DNA of 64,000 bases from an uncultured Aliarcobacter sp. GTDB taxonomy: Bacteria; Campylobacterota; Campylobacteria; Campylobacterales; Arcobacteraceae. This document shows positions 1 to 7,932 of this stretch, piece by piece. A program made the translations under genes and the position numbers. The first letter of the stretch is position 1, and every line of letters starts with the position of its first letter. Under the pieces are notes generated by a model, which made no database searches, was not told the origin of the DNA, and saw nothing but the letters and a program-made list of their open reading frames with translations. Location: the NCBI GenBank assembly GCA_963664305.2, contig CAXXLV010000002.1:480001-544000 (forward strand), read 5' to 3'.

Positions 1-273
1 AGTTCCATGACCTGTTGATTCATCTTTAGCAATTGATTCAAAAAAGTTTATCTCTTTTTTTTCTAATGCTATTTTTGATAATTCTAGAATTTTATTTTGT
101 AAAAAAGGACTTCCTAAAACACCAATAAATTCATTTTGTGAATTTACAAGCATCATATTTCCAACTTTACTATAGGTAGAACCTAGTGTTTCAATAACAC
201 TAGTTACTACAATATCAAGATTTTTATTTTTACTATTTTTTATAAAATCTAAAATCTTTTTATCTAAAAACAT
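1..273 (-). CDS. XdhC/CoxI-family molybdoenzyme maturation factor, N-terminal part (runs off the window edge; not in ORF track)
   Basis: Manual translation from ATG at 273: MFLDKKILDFIKNSKNKNLDIVVTSVIETLGSTYSKVGNMMLVNSQNEFIGVLGSPFLQ... contains the XdhC-like 'GSTY.K.G..MLV' motif. It starts 3 nt after the stop of the Mo-subunit gene. Confidence 0.7.
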   Translation of the reverse strand, partial: MFLDKKILDFIKNSKNKNLDIVVTSVIETLGSTYSKVGNMMLVNSQNEFIGVLGSPFLQNKILELSKIALEKKEINFFESIAKDESTGHGT

Positions 274-276
274 TTT

Positions 277-2421
277 TTATCCTAGTTTTATAGGAAAACT
301 TGTATATCTTTTTCCTGTTGCATCATAAAGTGCATTTATAATAGCAGCAAACATAGGAGGAACTCCAACTTCTCCAATACCACCTATTTTTTCACCTGAA
401 TTTATAATTTCAACGTTGATGTTATTTGGAGCATCTTTGATTCTATTTACTTCATAGTCATAGAAATTATTTTGGTCAACTGCACCATTTGTAAGTGTAA
501 TTTGAGCATATTTTATATATCCAATTGTAAAGTTTATTGCTCCTTCAATTTGATTTTCAATTCCAAGTGGATTTACTGCCATTCCACAATCAACAGTAGC
601 CCAAACATTTTCCACTTTATAGTCATTATTTTCAACTTTTACTTTTACAACGTAAGCTACGATACTGCCAAAACTTTCAGCAATTGCAACTCCATAACCA
701 CTATTTTTTTCTCTATTTTTCCAGTTTGATTGCTTTGAAACATTTTCAAGAAGTTTTATAAATCTTGGCTCTTTTAGATTTTTAATTCTAAAATCCATTG
801 GGTCAATATTGCTTGCTATTGCAGCTTGGTCTATAATATTTTCAACAATTGGAGCTGAAACTGTGTGTCCAACAGAACGTAACCATAAAACAGAAACTGG
901 TGAACTTGGACAAAATGCTTTTAAATCATGTGATGTTATTTTATATGGATGGTCATCAAGACCTTCTCTTTGAGTTTTATCAATTCCATCTTTGAACATC
1001 ATTGATTCAAACATTGTACCTTTTGTTAAAGATTGATTTACAATTTTTCCCTCAAATGCTGTAATATTTCCTTTTTCATCAACGGCCATTTTTACGCTAC
1101 TTTTTGTCATAGGTCTATAATAACCCATTTTTATATCATCTTCCCTTGTCCATAATGTTTGAATTGGCCACTCTTCATTTTGTGCAACATATACTGCATC
1201 TACAACAAAATCACTTGCAAGATTTGCTCTTCTTCCAAAACTACTTCCTAAATAGTTGTTATAATATTCTACATTTTCAGGCTCAATCCCTAAGATTTTT
1301 GCAGCTGTCCCTCTATATAAAGTTTGAAATTGTCCACCAACACTCATATAAGCTTTATTGCCTTTATGATGAACAGTACAATTTAGTGGTTCCATTGGAG
1401 CATGGGCTAAAAATGGGAAAGAATACTCAGCCTCTACAACTTTAAAAGCTTTATCAAATGCAGTTTTACTATCACCATCTTTTCTCATAATTGGTAAATC
1501 ATCTTTTTTTAAATATCCATCATACTCTTTTTCTAAATCACTAGTGCTTATTTTTTCAAATTCTCCATTTTCCCACTCAACAACTATAGCTTCACTAGCT
1601 TTTTTTGCTTGATACCAATGATTTGCAATTACAGCTATTTTTTGGTTTGGAAGTTGTTTTATTTTTAAAACTCCATCCATAGTTTTGGCTTTTGAGTCAT
1701 CAAAATTTTTTATTTTTGCTCCAAAAACTCTTGGTTGAACAAGTGCAGCGTATTTCATATCAGGAAGTCTTACATCAATACCAAATTTAGCATTTCCAGT
1801 TATTTTTTCTTCAACTTCAATAGGATGTCTTTTAACTCTTTTTCCTATTAAGTTGTATTCACTTTTATCTTTTAATTTCACATCACTTGGAATTGGCATA
1901 GTTTTTATTTCATCAATCAAACTACCATAAGTTACTTTTTCTTTTGTTCTTTTATTTATAACATATGAGTCTTTTGTTTCAACGTCATAAACTCTAACTT
2001 TCCATTTTTTAGCAGCTGCAGTTTTTAGCATATGTCGTAAGTTTGCTCCAACTTGTCGCACACGTTGCTGTTGAGTTTTTATACTCATAGAACCACCAGT
2101 TAACATCATAGGCATTCCAGGAATATTATAAACATCTTTAACTGGTGCTGGTTCAAAAATAATCTCATCCCAATAAGCATCTAACTCATCTGCAATACAC
2201 ATTGCAATTCCTGTATATGCTCCTTGCCCCATTTCAACTTGACCAAGAATAAATGTGATTTTATTATCTTTGTCTATTTTTATAAAAGCATTTGGTTCAA
2301 TAACTTCTTTTTTCTTTTCAAGTTCTTTAGCCATTCCTTTGATTGGAAGATTAAATCCAATAATAAAAGCTGAACTAACTAGTGTACTATTTTTTATAAA
2401 TTCTCTTCTATTTAAACTCAT
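277..2421 (-). CDS. Xanthine dehydrogenase-family molybdopterin-binding subunit (IorB / aldehyde oxidoreductase beta-like), Tat-exported
   Basis: Twin-arginine signal NRREFIK. Motifs EMGQG, TGGSMS, HAPMEPLNC, GSSFGRR, WLRSVG, VDCG..VNP and GIGEVGVPP. Confidence 0.9.
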   Translation of the reverse strand: MSLNRREFIKNSTLVSSAFIIGFNLPIKGMAKELEKKKEVIEPNAFIKIDKDNKITFILGQVEMGQGAYTGIAMCIADELDAYWDEIIFEPAPVKDVYNIPGMPMMLTGGSMSIKTQQQRVRQVGANLRHMLKTAAAKKWKVRVYDVETKDSYVINKRTKEKVTYGSLIDEIKTMPIPSDVKLKDKSEYNLIGKRVKRHPIEVEEKITGNAKFGIDVRLPDMKYAALVQPRVFGAKIKNFDDSKAKTMDGVLKIKQLPNQKIAVIANHWYQAKKASEAIVVEWENGEFEKISTSDLEKEYDGYLKKDDLPIMRKDGDSKTAFDKAFKVVEAEYSFPFLAHAPMEPLNCTVHHKGNKAYMSVGGQFQTLYRGTAAKILGIEPENVEYYNNYLGSSFGRRANLASDFVVDAVYVAQNEEWPIQTLWTREDDIKMGYYRPMTKSSVKMAVDEKGNITAFEGKIVNQSLTKGTMFESMMFKDGIDKTQREGLDDHPYKITSHDLKAFCPSSPVSVLWLRSVGHTVSAPIVENIIDQAAIASNIDPMDFRIKNLKEPRFIKLLENVSKQSNWKNREKNSGYGVAIAESFGSIVAYVVKVKVENNDYKVENVWATVDCGMAVNPLGIENQIEGAINFTIGYIKYAQITLTNGAVDQNNFYDYEVNRIKDAPNNINVEIINSGEKIGGIGEVGVPPMFAAIINALYDATGKRYTSFPIKLG

Positions 2422-2424
2422 TTT

Positions 2425-2877
2425 TTATCCTTTAGCTACAGTGCTAACTGCTTTTAAAATTTTATTATATGTTCCACATCTACAAATATTTCCATTCATA
2501 GCCTCTTTAATTTGCTCTTCTGTTGGATTAGCATTTGATTTTAAAAGTCCTGCTGCATTTACTAATTGTCCACTTTGACAATATCCACATTGGGCAACAT
2601 CATGTTCTTTCCAAACAACTCTTAATGCTTTTAACTCTTTATCTTCTTGATTTTCAATTGTTGTAATATTTTTTCCTAAAGCATCTTTTAGTGGAGTTTG
2701 ACAACCTCTAACAGCAATATTATCAACTAAAATTGTACATGCACCACACATTCCTACACCACATCCAAACTTTGTTCCAGTCATATTTAAATAATCTCTT
2801 AAAACCCATAATATTGGTGTATCTTCTGGAATATCATTTAATGTATAATTTTTATTATTTATAGTAATGTCATTCAT
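2425..2877 (-). CDS. (2Fe-2S)-binding small subunit (IorA/CoxS-like)
   Basis: Motifs GTKFGCGVGMCGACT, QCGYCQSGQ and GNICRCGTY. Start moved to MNDIT (2877), which follows an AGGAG ribosome-binding site. Confidence 0.92.
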   Translation of the reverse strand: MNDITINNKNYTLNDIPEDTPILWVLRDYLNMTGTKFGCGVGMCGACTILVDNIAVRGCQTPLKDALGKNITTIENQEDKELKALRVVWKEHDVAQCGYCQSGQLVNAAGLLKSNANPTEEQIKEAMNGNICRCGTYNKILKAVSTVAKG

Positions 2878-2940
2878 AATTTCTCCTAAGTTATAAAAAT
2901 CTAATATATTTTTATTATATTGAAAAGAATAAATAAATGA

Positions 2941-2975
2941 TAGAATGATTTTCCACATCTATTGCCTATTTCTCC
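2941..2975 (-). promoter_or_regulatory. Candidate AraC (YqhC-type) operator, two half-sites with a 21-bp period
   Basis: Minus strand GGAGAAATAGGCAA-TAGATGT-GGAAAATCATTCTA, located between the divergent iorA-like and araC genes. Confidence 0.55.
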
Positions 2976-3010
2976 AAATTATGTGATAATTTTAAAATTA
3001 GGAGTAATTT

Positions 3011-3904
3011 ATGAATTATAGAGAAGAATTGATTTTTTTAATAGAAAATAAAAAATTTAGTGATGGAGTGATAAATACTAATATCCCAGCTTTGAGATTT
3101 TATACAACAAAACAAACTTCAGAATTTGTTAGTGTGATTTATGAACCCTCATTATGTATAGCAATTCAAGGTTCAAAAGCAGTTGGTTTTGGTGAAGATA
3201 TGTATAGTTATTCTTCTGAAAAATATTTAATCGTGTCAACTCATATTCCAGCAAATGTAAGAATAGAAAAAGCATCTATTGAAAAACCATATTATTCAGT
3301 TATTATAAATTTTACATTAGAACAAATCTATGAAGTAATAAAAGAGTTAGATGAAAATTCAAAAAAGAATGAAGATAAAATTTTTCATAAAAGTCTTTGT
3401 TTTGATAAATTAGAAGATGATTTATTAGAACCAATTTTTAGATTTGTTAAATTATCTTTTAAAGAAGAAAATGTGGATTTTTTATCAAATCTTGTATTAA
3501 AAGAAATTATTTATATTTTACTAAAAAGAAATGGTGATTTTTTTAAACAATATGTTTTAGAAGGTTCTATTACAAATCAAATAGTCAAAGCTATAAGTGA
3601 GATAAAGAATAACTTTAATAAAACAATAAATATGAAAGAATTATCAAAACTTGTTGGAGTTAGTGAGTCATCTTTATATTTAAATTTTAAAAAAGTGACT
3701 TCAATGAGTCCATTACAATTTCAAAAGAAAATAAGACTAGAAGAAGCTAAAAATATTTTATTGAGTCAAAATATTGAAGCATCTGATGTTGCTTTTAGTG
3801 TAGGTTATGAATCTCCTTCTCAATTTAGTAGAGAATACACAAGAATGTTTGGAATGTCACCAAAAGCTCATTCGATTTTTATAAAAAATAATGAAATGAG
3901 TTGA
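3011..3904 (+). CDS. AraC-family transcriptional regulator, YqhC-like
   Basis: N-terminal YEPSLCIAIQGSK and C-terminal double HTH (FKKVTSMSPLQFQK; VGYESPSQFSREYTRMFG). GGAG RBS present. Confidence 0.92.
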   Translation: MNYREELIFLIENKKFSDGVINTNIPALRFYTTKQTSEFVSVIYEPSLCIAIQGSKAVGFGEDMYSYSSEKYLIVSTHIPANVRIEKASIEKPYYSVIINFTLEQIYEVIKELDENSKKNEDKIFHKSLCFDKLEDDLLEPIFRFVKLSFKEENVDFLSNLVLKEIIYILLKRNGDFFKQYVLEGSITNQIVKAISEIKNNFNKTINMKELSKLVGVSESSLYLNFKKVTSMSPLQFQKKIRLEEAKNILLSQNIEASDVAFSVGYESPSQFSREYTRMFGMSPKAHSIFIKNNEMS

Positions 3905-4067
3905 TATTTAAAATTTATTTTTATTATTAAAAATTATTTTATCTTTTAATGGATAAATATTTGAAAAAGGTGTTTATTTTGTATATATTTATTATAGTAT
4001 GATATAAGAAATAAAATGATAGAATTTAATGAAAAAATTTAAAAATAATATTTAAAAAAGGTAGGAT

Positions 4068-5564
4068 ATGCTTAATCTTGGAGAAATCGAAAATTGGCTA
4101 AAAGAACATTCTATTAATAATTACATGATTTCAGAAGATTTATATGTATCAGTACAAGGAAATGTAAATTTAAACGAGAGATTAAATGGTAAAAAAATAC
4201 CTATTAAATTCGATAGAATAGAAGGATATTTTGATATAAGCAATAACAATTTAACTACATTAGAAGGTTGTCCTAAAGTTGTAGTAAAAGATTTTAATTG
4301 TTCAAAAAATAAATTAGTTTCACTATTCGATGCTCCTACAGAAGTAGGGGATTTTGATTGCTCTTATAATCAATTAAAATCATTATCATATGCTCCAAAA
4401 GAGGTTAAAGGAAGTTTTAATTGCTCATTTAATGAACTAACATCAATAAAAGCAAGTCCAAGAACTATTAAAGGACACTTTAAATGTAACGATAATAAAT
4501 TAGTATCTTTAGAAGGTGGACCTAAAAATATTGATACTTATTTTGATTGTTCTCACAATTTTATAGAAAGATTAGTTGGTGGTCCAATTACAGTTAAACA
4601 TGATTATATTTGTAATGGAAATAATTTAAGTGATTTAGAAGGTATTGCTGATGAAATTGGTGGAGATTTAGTTACTGATATAAAATTAAATAATTTAACA
4701 TCAAGATTTAATGAAGAAGACAAATATTGGAAATATAAAGGTAGTGATGTAATAGCACATATTTATAAACCAATGGTTGCATTAAATAATAATGAAGATA
4801 TTTTAAATTGGTTAAATAAATATGATATTAAAAGTTTTACTATTTTACCTGATGGTTCAGTTGATGTTCAAGGGGATGTTAAATTATCAAATAGATTAAC
4901 AAATTTATTTAAATTACCAATTAATTTCAATTCTGTTGATGGGGATTTTGATATTAGTGAAAATGAATTAGTGTCATTAGAGGGAAGTCCAAAAAAAGTT
5001 GGTGGAAGTTTCCTTGCTCATAAAAATGAATTAAACTCTTTAAGAGGTGGACCAAAAGAGGTAAAAGGTAGTTTTATCATCTTACATAATAATATTACAT
5101 CATTATTAAATTCACCTACAATGGTAAAAGGTGATTACATCTGTTCACATAATCCATTAAGAACTTTAGAAGGTATAAATACCGTTTTAGGATATGTTTT
5201 TACAGGTGTTTATGTTCCAAGATTAAAATGTCAAAAATATAACTATAAAGGCGTAACAACTTATAAATATCCAGGTGATTCAGTAATGAAATATTTGGAT
5301 GAAGAGTATATCTCATTAACAGATGAAGAAAAAGCATTTGAAGCAACTAAAAAGAATTTAGAAAAAGTAATCAAAAAGATGCTAAATGCCGGAACTTTAA
5401 CTAAAGAGATGATTAACGATACTTTAATTAAAAACTTAACTAAGTATCAATTAGACCAATTAAAAACTAAAGTTTTATGGATTAAAAATCCACCAAATGA
5501 AGATAATAGTGATATCGTAAGTGAAGAAGATATCATGAAATTAGCTTTTGAAAAAGAGCTATAA
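4068..5564 (+). CDS. Leucine-rich-repeat-like protein with two duplicated modules
   Basis: About 11 repeats of 21-22 aa with consensus GxFxCSxNxLxSLxGxPxxV, in two blocks. Each block follows a similar cap (NWL..h.I..y.I..D..V.VQG.V.L). Confidence 0.75.
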   Translation: MLNLGEIENWLKEHSINNYMISEDLYVSVQGNVNLNERLNGKKIPIKFDRIEGYFDISNNNLTTLEGCPKVVVKDFNCSKNKLVSLFDAPTEVGDFDCSYNQLKSLSYAPKEVKGSFNCSFNELTSIKASPRTIKGHFKCNDNKLVSLEGGPKNIDTYFDCSHNFIERLVGGPITVKHDYICNGNNLSDLEGIADEIGGDLVTDIKLNNLTSRFNEEDKYWKYKGSDVIAHIYKPMVALNNNEDILNWLNKYDIKSFTILPDGSVDVQGDVKLSNRLTNLFKLPINFNSVDGDFDISENELVSLEGSPKKVGGSFLAHKNELNSLRGGPKEVKGSFIILHNNITSLLNSPTMVKGDYICSHNPLRTLEGINTVLGYVFTGVYVPRLKCQKYNYKGVTTYKYPGDSVMKYLDEEYISLTDEEKAFEATKKNLEKVIKKMLNAGTLTKEMINDTLIKNLTKYQLDQLKTKVLWIKNPPNEDNSDIVSEEDIMKLAFEKEL

Positions 5565-5654
5565 AAAATAGATTAAGTCCTAAATATATTTTTTTGGATA
5601 TAATCGTAAAATCAATACAATTAAGTAAATAAAATAAATGGAGAGAATTATAAT

Positions 5655-7250
5655 ATGGTTCAAACTGTCAATCTAAAAAAAGCTTTTGGTCCAAGAGTTT
5701 TATTTCAAGATATAAATTTAAAATTAGATACAGGGAAAAGATATGGGCTTATTGGTGCAAATGGTGCTGGTAAGACAACTTTCTTAAAAATATTATCTGG
5801 TCAAGAAGAAGCAACTGAGGGTGAAGTACAAGTTCAAAATGGTAAAAAAGTTGGAGTATTATCACAAAACCAATTTGCATATGAAAATAACACAATTTTT
5901 GATGCAGTTCTTTTAGGAAATAAAAGATTACATGATGCTGTAAAAGAGAAAGAAGAACTTTATATGAGTCCTGAATTTACTGATGAAGTAAATAATAGAC
6001 TTGCTGAACTTGAAATCATTTGTTGTGAAGAAGACCCAACTTATGAATACGATATTAAAATTACAAAAATATTAGAAGATTTAGGTTTCCCAGCTTCTAT
6101 GCACCAAGATTTAATGAGTACATTAACAGGTGGAGATAAATTTAAAGTTTTATTAGCTCAAGTTTTATATCCAAAACCAGATGTTCTATTTTTAGATGAG
6201 CCTACAAATAACCTTGATATTGAAACAATTGGTTGGTTAGAAAACCAACTTCAACATCATGAAGGAACAATGGTTGTTATTTCTCATGATAGACACTTTT
6301 TAAATGCAGTTTGTACACATATTTTAGATGTTGACTTTAAACAAATTAGAGAGTTTGCTGGAAACTATGATGATTGGTATATCGCATCAACTTTAATTGC
6401 AAAACAAAATGAAAAAGATGTTAATAAAAAATTAAAAGAAAAAGAAGAACTTGAGAAGTTTATCGCTAGATTTAGTGCAAATGCTTCTAAAGCAAAACAA
6501 GCAACATCTAGACAAAAACAACTTGAAAAACTTGATGTTGGTGCAATTCAAGTATCAAGTAGAAGAGATCCATCAATTATTTTTAGACAAAAAAGAGAAG
6601 TAGGAAAAGAGTTATTAACTGTTAAAAATATCTCTAAATCTTATGATGACCATGTTGTATTAAATGATGTTTCATTTACAGTTGAAAAAGGTGATAAAAT
6701 AGCTCTTATTGGTACAAATGGTATTGGAAAAACTACTTTATGTGAAATTTTAGAAGGTAATTTAAAACCAGATTCTGGAGAAGTTTTATGGGGAGCAACT
6801 ATTCAAAACTCATATTTCCCACAAAATGCGACTGATATTATCAAAGGTGATATGACTTTATATGATTGGTTAAGAAGTTTTGATAGAGATGCTGATATTT
6901 CTGAAATTAGAAATTGTTTAGGAAGAATGTTATTTAACGGTCAAGAGCAAGAGAAAAAAGTTGATTCTTGTTCAGGGGGAGAAAAACATAGAATGATGCT
7001 TTCTAAAATCATGTTAGAGCAAGGGAATTTCTTAGTTTTAGATGAACCAACAAACCACTTAGACTTAGAGGCTATTATTGCTTTAGGTGAGGGATTAAAT
7101 GATTATGCAGGTTCTGTAATTTGTGTATCTCACGATAGGGAATTATTAGATGCTTATGCAAATAGAATTATTGAAATTCAACCAGGTGGAACAATAATTG
7201 ATTTTAAAGGTACTTATGAAGAGTACATTGAATCTAAAGAACAAGCGTAA
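5655..7250 (+). CDS. ABC-F family ATPase (YbiT-like)
   Basis: Two nucleotide-binding domains (GANGAGKT, LDEPTNNLD; GTNGIGKT, SGGE, LDEPTNHLD), linker FIARFSANASKAKQATSR, and no TM segments. Confidence 0.93.
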   Translation: MVQTVNLKKAFGPRVLFQDINLKLDTGKRYGLIGANGAGKTTFLKILSGQEEATEGEVQVQNGKKVGVLSQNQFAYENNTIFDAVLLGNKRLHDAVKEKEELYMSPEFTDEVNNRLAELEIICCEEDPTYEYDIKITKILEDLGFPASMHQDLMSTLTGGDKFKVLLAQVLYPKPDVLFLDEPTNNLDIETIGWLENQLQHHEGTMVVISHDRHFLNAVCTHILDVDFKQIREFAGNYDDWYIASTLIAKQNEKDVNKKLKEKEELEKFIARFSANASKAKQATSRQKQLEKLDVGAIQVSSRRDPSIIFRQKREVGKELLTVKNISKSYDDHVVLNDVSFTVEKGDKIALIGTNGIGKTTLCEILEGNLKPDSGEVLWGATIQNSYFPQNATDIIKGDMTLYDWLRSFDRDADISEIRNCLGRMLFNGQEQEKKVDSCSGGEKHRMMLSKIMLEQGNFLVLDEPTNHLDLEAIIALGEGLNDYAGSVICVSHDRELLDAYANRIIEIQPGGTIIDFKGTYEEYIESKEQA

Positions 7251-7269
7251 GTTTGTTTTTTAGCTAAAT

Positions 7270-7305
7270 AAAAAAGGGGAAGATTTGATATCTTCCCCTT
7301 TTTTT
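7270..7305. terminator. Bidirectional intrinsic terminator
   Basis: A-tract, GGGGAAGAT-TTGAT-ATCTTCCCC, then T-tract, between convergent genes. Confidence 0.85.
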
Positions 7306-7321
7306 ATGGAAATAAAAGAGA

Positions 7322-7798
7322 TTATTTCGCGTGTCTTGAAGCCATTCTGATTTCTCTTCTTTGAATAGCATCATTGTATCTTCTTTTATCATCTTCTGTT
7401 ACAAGTTCTAATTTTGGAACAGGAGCTGGTTTACCATGTTCATCAACTGCAATCATAGTAAAATAACAAACATTAGTGTTTTTTATCGTATGGTCTTTGA
7501 TATCTTCTGAAATTACTTTAATTCCGATTTCCATAGATGTTCTTCCAGTATAATTAACTGAAGCATGGAAAGTAACAAGAGAACCTATTTTAATTGGGTC
7601 TTTAAATAAAACCATATCTACTGACAATGTTACTGCGTACATTCCTGTATATCTTGCTGCACATGCATATGCAACATGATCTAACATTTTTAGGATTTCT
7701 CCACCGTGAACATTCTTTCCAGAAAAGTTTGCTTTATCTGGAGTCATTAACATAGTCATTGTAAGAGACTTTTCTCTTTTTACTTCTTCACTACTCAT
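7322..7798 (-). CDS. Acyl-CoA thioesterase (hotdog fold, YciA-like)
   Basis: Motifs ANFSGKNVHGGEILKMLD, VTLSVD and VNYTGRTSMEIG. Confidence 0.92.
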   Translation of the reverse strand: MSSEEVKREKSLTMTMLMTPDKANFSGKNVHGGEILKMLDHVAYACAARYTGMYAVTLSVDMVLFKDPIKIGSLVTFHASVNYTGRTSMEIGIKVISEDIKDHTIKNTNVCYFTMIAVDEHGKPAPVPKLELVTEDDKRRYNDAIQRREIRMASRHAK

Positions 7799-7932
7799 TT
7801 TTTAACCTTATGTTATAATTATTGATATATTTGGTATTATAAAATAAAAACGTGCCATAACCGTAGCAATTTGATAAAATAGTTGTATAGATTATGAAAA
7901 TATATAAAAAAGTAACATTTTAATTTTAGTTC

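Noticed and set aside
2878..2958. ORF-track N-terminal extensions of the iorA-like gene (also cmoB 24267-24338 and DUF455 27729-27818)
   Set aside because: The extensions run through promoter DNA or overlap a divergent gene. The downstream ATGs have an RBS or a correctly spaced -10.
4068..5564. Prophage remnant or CRISPR-like DNA repeat array
   Set aside because: The repeats are degenerate and visible only at protein level. No integrase, structural or cas genes lie nearby.
7842..7857. TGGCACG on the minus strand as a sigma-54 -24 element
   Set aside because: There is no TTGC at -12 (the sequence reads TTTTTATTT), a sigma-70 TATAAT follows, and rpoN is absent from its usual locus.
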